From: Syntrophobacterales bacterium
GTDB lineage: Bacteria > Desulfobacterota > Syntrophorhabdia > Syntrophorhabdales > WCHB1-27
DNA length: 33,679 nt
NCBI GenBank assembly: GCA_017881765.1
Contig: JADGQN010000003.1
Location: 1-33,679, forward strand
Direction of reading: 5' to 3'
Shown: positions 26,498 through 33,679 of the stretch, piece after piece
Numbering within the stretch: the first letter of the stretch is position 1
Layout: each line of letters opens with the position of its first letter
Translations under genes and position numbers: made by a program
The notes under the pieces: model-generated
Databases searched by the model: none
What the model saw: only the letters and a program-made list of their open reading frames with translations
Told to the model about the DNA's origin: nothing

Positions 26498-27375
26498 TTG
26501 CCGCCACGCCTCTCCGGTGCCGAAGGGCCTTCCAAAAGACCCACGGTTCGCAGAATCTCCCTTCGCGCCTCTCCGATGGTAAGAGGAATCTTCGCAAACG
26601 GTATGTTGTCTTCATGCTTCAGCTTATAGATGAGCTCCGCGATCTGAGGGAGGCGGAGCTTTACCTTCGACATCTCTTCAGGCGCGGTAAAGACCTGCTC
26701 CGGGGGTCCCCCTCTGACGATGCTGCCCTTACTCAGAATGTAAAGCGTGTCGAGAAAGAGCGGCACGAGATCGACATTGTGGGTCGCCATGACGACTGTC
26801 ACGCCTTTTTCCCTGTTCAATCGCTTAAGGAGATCCATCATCCGGTATTCACCCATGGGGTCAAGACCCGCGGTCGGCTCGTCGAGGAGCAGTATCTCGT
26901 GTCCCATCGCAAGGAGCCCCGCAATGCAGATCCTTTTCTTCTGGCCGAAACTGAGGTTGTGGATCGACTTTCCCCCATAGTCCTCCATCTCAACATCCCG
27001 GAGAGCGCCTCTCACCCTCCTTGCCACTTCTTCTTCTTCGAAACCCATATTCAGAGGGCCAAAAGAGACGTCTTCGAATACACTGGGTGCAAACAATTGT
27101 TCGTCGGGGTTCTGAAATACCAGGCCGACCTTCCGGTAAATCTCCTTCGGCGAAAGTTTCCGTATGTCCGCCCCGTCGAGATGAACGCTCCCTTTGAAAT
27201 CCTTCATCAGTCCGTCCATGATCTTAAGCAGGGTCGTTTTTCCGGAGCCGTTCGACCCCAATATACCGGCGAACTCCTCTTTCCTGATATCAAGATTGAT
27301 ATTGGAGACCGCCCTCGTCCTGTCGGGATATTGAAAGGAGTCTATCCTTACCGCCAGTCTTATTATATCTTCCAT
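26494..27375 (-). CDS. cbiO: ECF cobalt transporter ATPase
   Basis: GSNGSGKT, FQNPDEQLF, LSFGQKKR and LDEPTAGLDP. Lies within the cbiMNQO cluster. Confidence 0.94.
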   Translation of the reverse strand: MEDIIRLAVRIDSFQYPDRTRAVSNINLDIRKEEFAGILGSNGSGKTTLLKIMDGLMKDFKGSVHLDGADIRKLSPKEIYRKVGLVFQNPDEQLFAPSVFEDVSFGPLNMGFEEEEVARRVRGALRDVEMEDYGGKSIHNLSFGQKKRICIAGLLAMGHEILLLDEPTAGLDPMGEYRMMDLLKRLNREKGVTVVMATHNVDLVPLFLDTLYILSKGSIVRGGPPEQVFTAPEEMSKVKLRLPQIAELIYKLKHEDNIPFAKIPLTIGEARREILRTVGLLEGPSAPERRGGK

Positions 27376-28121
27376 GCGAGCCCCATGATCACGATCAGGA
27401 AAATTGATACGATCACTTCGGATGGCTTGAAAGGCCTGTGCTTCAAGACCGGCATATTGCCGTCGTAACCCCTCTGCGCCATCGCCACCGCGGTATTCTG
27501 GCTGTGCTCGAAGGCCTTGAGCGTCAAGGAGCCCGCAAGAATGCCGAAGGAACTGAGACCACGCCTGATGTTCGAATAGCCGAGCCTGTTCTTTTGCGCA
27601 TTATAGATGACCATCGCATCTTCGAAAAGCATGAAAATATACCGGTAGGCAAACATCAATATCTCTATCAGCCCTTTCGGAACCCTGAACCACGAAAGCG
27701 CGGCGATCACATCGGTGAATGGCGTGGCAAAGCCGAGCACCGTAATCACTGAGACTGCGCCGACTATCCTGGACGCGATCATCAGACCATCGATAAGACC
27801 GTCCTTATATGCGGATATGCTGACCCCGAAAAGAGAGACGGAGAAGAGCTCATCGTGGCCTGCAAAAAACATCTTGATGACGATCAGAATAAGTGCGACG
27901 AGAGCCGGCTCGGAAAACCTGAGGACGAAGAGCTTCAAGGGCACTCTCATCCAGACGCAGAGAAGGAGACTCGCCATTCCCACGAAAAGCGGGAAAAGAA
28001 ATCCATGGTACGTCAGGACCATCACAAGGAGTCCGGATGCAACTAGGAGCTTCAAGCGTGCATCCGTTCCGGCAAGCATGTGCGCTGTCTTGAACTCCTC
28101 AGAGAATAAGTGCATCTTCAT
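27363..28121 (-). CDS. cbiQ: ECF cobalt transporter T component
   Basis: DARLKL, transmembrane helices, YRYIF, AQKNRLGY and AMAQRGY. Confidence 0.93.
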   Translation of the reverse strand: MKMHLFSEEFKTAHMLAGTDARLKLLVASGLLVMVLTYHGFLFPLFVGMASLLLCVWMRVPLKLFVLRFSEPALVALILIVIKMFFAGHDELFSVSLFGVSISAYKDGLIDGLMIASRIVGAVSVITVLGFATPFTDVIAALSWFRVPKGLIEILMFAYRYIFMLFEDAMVIYNAQKNRLGYSNIRRGLSSFGILAGSLTLKAFEHSQNTAVAMAQRGYDGNMPVLKHRPFKPSEVIVSIFLIVIMGLAWKI

Positions 28122-28405
28122 TCCCTGCTTTTCGGTTTTCGTTCAATCAGAACTCTCCAGTAATATCCTGCCGCAAATCCGCCCACGGCACCCGCTGCGA
28201 GGAAGACAAAGAGAAGAAGGTCCCCCTGGTCCGTATTGATCAGACTCGCTTTCGCCTCTCTCCCATGCTCTTTTGCGAACTTCTCGACCACTGCCTTATC
28301 TACCCCGGACCACTTCTCCTCAGCACGGAGCTCCGATGGATGCATCATAGAACCAAAACCAAATATCAGCAGAGCAATGAGAAATGGACAGCTCCTTAAT
28401 TGCAT
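28118..28405 (-). CDS. Small membrane component of the cobalt ECF transporter (CbiN-like)
   Basis: 95 aa with a hydrophobic N-terminus, a WSGVDKAVVEK loop and a C-terminal TM helix GDLLLFVFLAAGAVGGFAAGYYWR. Lies between cbiM and cbiQ with overlapping ends. Confidence 0.8.
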   Translation of the reverse strand: MQLRSCPFLIALLIFGFGSMMHPSELRAEEKWSGVDKAVVEKFAKEHGREAKASLINTDQGDLLLFVFLAAGAVGGFAAGYYWRVLIERKPKSRE

Positions 28406-29157
28406 GGGACACTCTCTTCAGGCTCTATAAGACGCATTTTGACGAGCAGGTCAGGTCTCTTTCTATGGAGAAGGGAAATCATACCCGCGGTCATCATACC
28501 TTCAAGGATCCCGAGGGGAAGCTGCGTCGGGATGAAGGCCACCATGATCTTCAGAAAGAGAGGCAAAAGCGGGGCATCTCCCCTTATGCCCGCGGCAAGC
28601 TCAAAGGAGGTTGTGACGTAGGTCGCCCAGTCAGCGAGGATGCCCGCGATAAGGGCCGCGGCGGCAAGGCTCACCTTGAACCTCCTTAACAGCCTGAAGA
28701 CGACGAAACCGGTGAACGATCCCATGACGCCCATCGAAAATATATTTGCTCCGAGTGTACTCAATCCGCCGTGGGAGAGGAAAAGCGCTTGAATGAAGAG
28801 CGCAGCGGCGGCAACGAGGACGCTTATCGCGGGGCCGAGCAGTATGGCTGATATGCCCGTCCCGCAGGGATGAGACGCCGTACCCGCTACAGGAACAGGT
28901 ATCGGCATGCATGAGATGATGAAGACCGCTGCGGTTAAGAGTCCGACAAGAGGTTTGAAGGAAAGGTCCCCTTCGGAGGCCTGTCCCAATCTGCGTAAGC
29001 CATAAGCCACAAAGGGTGCGGAGGCGAGAAACCAGAAGGCGGCCCAGCCATAAGGGAGTATCCCTTCCGAAATATGCATGGCATGGGCGTCAGAGACCGT
29101 GAGCAGCGAGCAGCCAGCCGCGAGCAATGTGGGCGCTAAAACTTTCCGGACGTTCAT
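28396..29157 (-). CDS. cbiM: ECF cobalt transporter S component with signal peptide
   Basis: Signal peptide ending AHA followed by MHISEG, plus SHPCG, HGGLSTLGAN and PTQLPL. Confidence 0.95.
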   Translation of the reverse strand: MNVRKVLAPTLLAAGCSLLTVSDAHAMHISEGILPYGWAAFWFLASAPFVAYGLRRLGQASEGDLSFKPLVGLLTAAVFIISCMPIPVPVAGTASHPCGTGISAILLGPAISVLVAAAALFIQALFLSHGGLSTLGANIFSMGVMGSFTGFVVFRLLRRFKVSLAAAALIAGILADWATYVTTSFELAAGIRGDAPLLPLFLKIMVAFIPTQLPLGILEGMMTAGMISLLHRKRPDLLVKMRLIEPEESVPCN

Positions 29158-30152
29158 TTCTCCTCAGCCATTCTGAGCAAAGCATTGACTATTGCTACCG
29201 CAACAGGTGTCCCGCCCTTTCTGCTCAGGTTGGTTATAAACGGAAATTTCTGCGCGGAAAGCAGCATCTTCGATTCAAGGGCTTTCACAAAACCCACAGG
29301 AACTCCGATGACGAGAGGTGTGGGCCCTTGAGGAAACTCCTTCGCAAGAAGTTCGATCACCTTCAGAAGCGCGGTCGGCGCATTCCCGATCGCCACGATC
29401 CCAACGTTCCCTGCCGTTCCCGAAAGTCCCTTCTCCATCGCTATCTCGGCGCGTGTCCTTCCGCTTTTCGAAGAGGTTCCCGCGACCTCTTCATCGGTGA
29501 TGTTGCAGACGACCTTCCCTCCCCATTTATCGAGCAGCCTCTTATTGATACCGGTTCTGACCATCTCAACATCGGTGAGGATGTTCGCACCTTTCCTGAT
29601 CGCGGCGACGCCCGTCTCCACCGCATCCGGACTGAAGACAAGTGTTCTTCTGAACTCGAAATCGGCCGTCGCGTGTATGACCCGCTTTACGATGGGAATC
29701 TGCTCCGGTGGAAGATCAGCCAGGTCGACCTCATCGCCGATTATTTCGAAACTTCTCTTTTCTATATCCTCGGGAGCGTCAAATTTTACGGCATTGATCC
29801 TATCGATCACAATCTGCACAAGTTTGTCGTGCGTACCCAGGGGTTCGGTATATACGAATTCCACGCCGGGATACGTCGCCCGGGCTTCCGAGAGTATTGC
29901 CGGGATGTCCTTGGTCACATGCATGCCGGGACTGAGAAAGAAGGGGTGAACGATTATCCTCGATGCACCGCCTGCTATACATTCCTTGATGGCAGCGGTG
30001 ATGTCAGGCTCCGCGAACTGCAGGTATGCAATCTTCACGCATCCGCTGTCGCACTCGGGATGGATCGTGTTGTGCAAAACGTTTGCGATAAGGTCGATAT
30101 TGTTGGCCTCTTTCCTCGGGCTGCCGTGTCCTATGAGTAGGATGTGTTCCAT
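29154..30152 (-). CDS. cbiX-cbiC: Fused short CbiX cobaltochelatase and CbiC (cobalt-precorrin-8 methylmutase)
   Basis: N-terminal ~120 aa with IGHGS, AYLQFAEP, PFFLSPGMHVTKDIP and EPLG (CbiX). C-terminal IEKRSFEII, RVIHATAD, IGNAPTAL, GVPVGFV and RKGGTPVA (CbiC). Confidence 0.93.
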   Translation of the reverse strand: MEHILLIGHGSPRKEANNIDLIANVLHNTIHPECDSGCVKIAYLQFAEPDITAAIKECIAGGASRIIVHPFFLSPGMHVTKDIPAILSEARATYPGVEFVYTEPLGTHDKLVQIVIDRINAVKFDAPEDIEKRSFEIIGDEVDLADLPPEQIPIVKRVIHATADFEFRRTLVFSPDAVETGVAAIRKGANILTDVEMVRTGINKRLLDKWGGKVVCNITDEEVAGTSSKSGRTRAEIAMEKGLSGTAGNVGIVAIGNAPTALLKVIELLAKEFPQGPTPLVIGVPVGFVKALESKMLLSAQKFPFITNLSRKGGTPVAVAIVNALLRMAEEK

Positions 30153-30169
30153 CTGATATATCTCCCGGT

Positions 30170-31534
30170 TTATCCCCGCGTCTCCTTCGCATGATCGATA
30201 AATTTGCGTGCGATAGCTGGGTTGCTGCCAAAATGGATATGGATATAGCTGGCCAGGGTGTTCTTATATCGGTAGCCTTCCCGCTGGAGCGCCTGGCCGG
30301 ATGCGTTCTCTACGGAATAGATCAGTGATATAAGAGAATTGTTTTCAGCACCATCCACTATTTCAGAGTAATGGAATTCGTGTCCTCTCAGCACCTCTCC
30401 CTTCTTTCCGATGATACAGTCTTCATCCACCAGGACCTGACGGTAGCCTAGCCTCGATTTTCCACTTTTCATGCGGGTCTCAAAGGGAAGGACGCCTGCC
30501 ATTTCGAAGAAGGCACCTTCGAAATCATGGATGCCCTTGGAGAGATACATCAGACCGCCGCATTCCGCATAGAGGGGCTTTCCGGAAGTCCCCCAATCTC
30601 GCACGGAGCTGCGTAGCGAGACATTCTTCGATAGCTCCTCAGCGTAAAGCTCCGGATAGCCACCGCCGATGTAAACGGCGCCAGCCTCACCGGGTATCGC
30701 GGCGTCAACAAGGGGGCTGAAAAGGATTATCTTTGCACCGGCATTTCTCAAGAGGTCCAGATTGTCTTCATAATAGAAAGAGAAAGCCCGGTCGTAGGCA
30801 ACAGCAATGACAGAAGAGCCGGGGTTTTGGGAAGCCATGCGATGAACGCTCTTTGTTTCAGTGTGCGGCGGCGCCTCTCTGTCCATTTGCATCAGCGTAT
30901 CGATATCGACGTATTCCAGAACCGCGGATGCGAGCCTGCCAAGATTTTCTTCGGTGACCGGGTTTTCTTCGGCAACGAAGAGCCCTAGGTGCCGGTGGGG
31001 AATTTCGAAATGGAGATCCCTCGGCAGATATCCCAATACCCTTACATCGCGGATATCTGCGCAAAGACGGCTGTAATGGTTCGCTGACGCCACTCTGTTG
31101 AAAATAACGCCCGCCAGTATAACGCTCCGCTGACTCGCGTATTCGGAGAATCCTCTCACCAGGGCGCCCGCGGTCTCCGCCATCCCGTACGCATCAATAA
31201 CGAGCACAACGGGGAGTTTCAGGCTTGAGGCGAGCGATGCGGTGCTCAGCGCACCGTCGTAAAGACCCATGACCCCTTCCACGACGGCAACGTCGACATC
31301 GGCCGAGTTCCTCGAGAAACAATCCGCAGCATAGGCTTCCCCGCACATCCACAGATCAAGGTTTCTCGATGGTTTCCCCGTAATGAGCCTGTGGAGTCCG
31401 GAGTCTATAAAATCAGGTCCTGCCTTGAACGACTGGACACTCAGGCCTTTCTTCTTCAGGGCCCCGAGTATGCCGAGGGTCACGGTCGTCTTGCCGCAGC
31501 CGCTGTGCGTTCCCGCTATCACTACACCCCGCAT
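30170..31534 (-). CDS. cbiA: Cobyrinate a,c-diamide synthase
   Basis: SGCGKTT, FKAGPDFID, EGVMGLYDG, RHLGL, AFSFYY, GGGYPE, YAECGG and GHEFHYS. Confidence 0.96.
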   Translation of the reverse strand: MRGVVIAGTHSGCGKTTVTLGILGALKKKGLSVQSFKAGPDFIDSGLHRLITGKPSRNLDLWMCGEAYAADCFSRNSADVDVAVVEGVMGLYDGALSTASLASSLKLPVVLVIDAYGMAETAGALVRGFSEYASQRSVILAGVIFNRVASANHYSRLCADIRDVRVLGYLPRDLHFEIPHRHLGLFVAEENPVTEENLGRLASAVLEYVDIDTLMQMDREAPPHTETKSVHRMASQNPGSSVIAVAYDRAFSFYYEDNLDLLRNAGAKIILFSPLVDAAIPGEAGAVYIGGGYPELYAEELSKNVSLRSSVRDWGTSGKPLYAECGGLMYLSKGIHDFEGAFFEMAGVLPFETRMKSGKSRLGYRQVLVDEDCIIGKKGEVLRGHEFHYSEIVDGAENNSLISLIYSVENASGQALQREGYRYKNTLASYIHIHFGSNPAIARKFIDHAKETRG

Positions 31535-32601
31535 GCGGCAATCTCCGTGAGAAGCCTGATATTATCCTTCTTCGACTTCACCGCAACCCTGATGTATGTT
31601 CCGTCAAGGCCGGGAAAGTTAGAGCAGTCCCTTGCGAGTATCCCCTTCATTCTTAAGCATGATATCACTTCCTGCGCCTTTTTCATTTGAAGGAGGTAAT
31701 AGTTCGCTGAGGATGGAAAATAGGTGATCCCGAGACGTGCAAACCCGGCCTCAAGGTTCTGCTTCTCCTCTTCAATGACCCGAAAAGTTTCGGTCTTATA
31801 CGCTGCGTCGTCCAGGGCCGTAATCCCTGCTACCTGGGCAAGGCTATTGACCGTCCACGGTTCCTTGGCTTCCTTTACCGTGTCCAGCAATGAGGAAGGC
31901 AGAACCGCGTACCCGATCCGCAGCCCTGAAAGCGCGTAGATCTTGGTGAGTGATCTGAGGACGACAAGGTACGGATTGTTTTTCACCTCATCTATCACGG
32001 AAGCATCCGCACAGAAATCGATGAACGCCTCATCCACGATCAGCATACATTTGAATCTGGCCGCAGCCCCGGCGATCCGGAGCATGTCGTCTCTTTTGAT
32101 CAGCATTCCTGTCGGGTTATTGGGGTTGCATAGGAATACCATGTCACAGGGCGCACAGAGGCTGTTTTCTCCGGCCATCGCACGAACCAGTGCTTCAGGA
32201 TCTACGTCGAAACAGGCTTCCTTCTTCAACGCATGCCAGGCGATGTTTACCCCCTGGCTTCTTGTGCAGGCCCTTTCATATTCCGAAAAGGTGGGTGCGG
32301 GGATGAGAACATTCATCGGTCTCAAGGCCCTGGTGATGAGGTAAATAAGCTCCGTGCTGCCGTTTCCGCAGACGATCGACTCGGCATCTATGCCGACGTG
32401 TTCCGCTATCTTCAGCCGCAACCGTTTAGCATCAGGGTCAGGATAATTGAAGAGGCATTCCAGATTCTCTTTTATCGCCGAGCGCACGCTTACCGGCACG
32501 CCGAGCGGGTTGATCGACGCGCTGAAATCGATGATTCCGTTTTCAGCTATCCCGAGACATGCGGCGAGGAGATAGATGTTGCCGCCGTGGCACTCCGTCA
32601 T
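31522..32601 (-). CDS. cobD: L-threonine-O-3-phosphate decarboxylase
   Basis: HGGN, DFSASINPLG, GNGSTELI, CNPNNPTG, DEAFIDF and RSLTK (PLP lysine). Located in the cbi operon. Confidence 0.93.
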   Translation of the reverse strand: MTECHGGNIYLLAACLGIAENGIIDFSASINPLGVPVSVRSAIKENLECLFNYPDPDAKRLRLKIAEHVGIDAESIVCGNGSTELIYLITRALRPMNVLIPAPTFSEYERACTRSQGVNIAWHALKKEACFDVDPEALVRAMAGENSLCAPCDMVFLCNPNNPTGMLIKRDDMLRIAGAAARFKCMLIVDEAFIDFCADASVIDEVKNNPYLVVLRSLTKIYALSGLRIGYAVLPSSLLDTVKEAKEPWTVNSLAQVAGITALDDAAYKTETFRVIEEEKQNLEAGFARLGITYFPSSANYYLLQMKKAQEVISCLRMKGILARDCSNFPGLDGTYIRVAVKSKKDNIRLLTEIAACGV

Positions 32602-33599
32602 CAGAGCATCCTCCCTGAAGATAACAGGATCGCCGCGACCCCGACGCCGAGCACGGACGTAACATAGGCTATTCTCATCGCATCCTCGGATGCCGCGAGA
32701 TAATCTTCCCTTTCATTGTTGCCTATGTACGGTTTTTCAACGAGCATGCCTCCGTATGTTGACGGGCCGCCCATCCGTATCCCGAGGGCTCCGGCCATCG
32801 CGGCCTCCGGCACGCCGCTGTTAGGGCTCGTATGATTTCTCCCGTCCCTCCGCATCGTGTCAAACGAACGGGACGCGGCGCCACGGGCGCTCGCCCCCCT
32901 TTTGAAAAGCATGGCGACAAAGACCGAAAGAACGATGAGGAGTCCCGTGATCCTGGCGGGGATATAATTTGCCATATCATCAAGTCGCGCGGACGCCCAT
33001 CCGAAATTGATGTAGGTTGGGCTCTTGTACCCCACCATGGAATCAAGCGTATTTACTGCCTTGTAAGCCATTGCCAAGGGAAGCCCTCCTATAACATAAT
33101 AAAACAGAGGCGCGATAACACCATCGGACAGGTTCTCCGCGAGGGTCTCCATCACCGCTTCGAGAATCTCTTTTTCCGAAAGGTTCTCGGTGTCGCGTCC
33201 GACGATCATGCTCAGACCATGGCGGGCCGTGACGAGTCGCCCTTCCTTTATTGATGTGATCACGAGCCGCGCGGAATCGACCAGGCCCCTGACCGCGATC
33301 GTGGTGGCAGTGAGATAGACCAGGAGCATCATCCCGAGAATCACCAGCGTCCGGACTGAAGCCCGGAAGACGGCCTCCTGGATCATAAGGGTTATAACGA
33401 GCGTGGGTATGACGATCATCATCACCAATAGGACGCCGGCCTTCTTTTCTCCCGCGGGTGTCCTGTAATGCCTGCGAAGGCAGGCTTCGAAACGCTGGAT
33501 GCTCCTCCCGATGATCCGGACGGGATGGGGCAACCATCTCGGATCCCCTATCGCAAGGTCGAGGAGGAAGGCGAGTATAAGCACCCAGGCCGCGCTCAT
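32601..33599 (-). CDS. cbiB: Adenosylcobinamide-phosphate synthase
   Basis: DLAIGDP, HPVR, IVGRDT, AENLSDGVIAP, YKAVNTLDSMVGYK, DDMANYIPAR and SPNSGVPEAAMAGALG. Confidence 0.97.
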   Translation of the reverse strand: MSAAWVLILAFLLDLAIGDPRWLPHPVRIIGRSIQRFEACLRRHYRTPAGEKKAGVLLVMMIVIPTLVITLMIQEAVFRASVRTLVILGMMLLVYLTATTIAVRGLVDSARLVITSIKEGRLVTARHGLSMIVGRDTENLSEKEILEAVMETLAENLSDGVIAPLFYYVIGGLPLAMAYKAVNTLDSMVGYKSPTYINFGWASARLDDMANYIPARITGLLIVLSVFVAMLFKRGASARGAASRSFDTMRRDGRNHTSPNSGVPEAAMAGALGIRMGGPSTYGGMLVEKPYIGNNEREDYLAASEDAMRIAYVTSVLGVGVAAILLSSGRML

Positions 33600-33679
33600 A
33601 TTCCACAGATCTCCTTCACGAACGCCATGTCAATATTTTCCCTCACCATATCCGCAAGACTATCGATCGCCCTTTCCTT
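33596..33679 (-). CDS. cbiP: C-terminal end of a probable cobyric acid synthase (CbiP/CobQ); runs off the window edge
   Basis: Manual translation gives ...KERAIDSLADMVRENIDMAFVKEICGI*, which resembles the CobQ C-terminus. The stop overlaps the cbiB ATG (ATGA). Only 27 residues are visible. Confidence 0.65.
   Translation of the reverse strand, partial: KERAIDSLADMVRENIDMAFVKEICGI

Noticed and set aside
26425-27468. 347-aa plus-strand ORF
   Set aside because: Antisense shadow of cbiO, with no recognisable motifs.
29127-30140. 337-aa plus-strand ORF
   Set aside because: Antisense shadow of cbiX-cbiC, with no recognisable motifs.
20371-33679. Cobalamin riboswitch
   Set aside because: No intergenic gap in the operon is long enough (largest about 17 bp), and the operon leader lies beyond the window end.

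Overview
Gene-dense, mostly housekeeping window from an anaerobic bacterium. The gene set and order suggest a deltaproteobacterium/Desulfobacterota, which is an inference. Left to right: the 5' end of a peptide/nickel ABC ATPase (minus), guaB-guaA-dnaE-accA (plus), a HlyC/CorC (CNNM) membrane protein and a 1388-aa double-activase/reductase fusion resembling plasmalogen synthase PlsA(R)/glycerol ester reductase (minus), acylphosphatase, and ccsA-like-hemA-hemC (plus). A long minus-strand block follows, holding an anaerobic cobalamin operon (cbiP end, cbiB, cobD, cbiA, cbiX-cbiC fusion, cbiMNQO, cobO, cbiD, cbiET, cbiL, cbiF, cbiG-cbiH fusion) that runs into an uncharacterised BPL_N/GATase-like gene and an endonuclease III-like gene, then DUF3842 and cooT. 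No rRNA, tRNA, CRISPR array, prophage or transposase was seen. Most of the larger intergenic gaps hold a different palindromic or short-period repeat element: a nested hairpin array, twin palindromes bracketing guaBA, a hexamer-period inverted repeat, a MITE with a TTA duplication, 7-mer/9-mer arrays bracketing cooT-DUF3842, and a REP-like cluster. I cannot demonstrate a clearly new system. The best leads are the GATase-like gene coupled to a cbi operon with no visible cbiJ, the PlsA/Ger-like fusion, and the repeat-bracketed cooT-DUF3842 pair.
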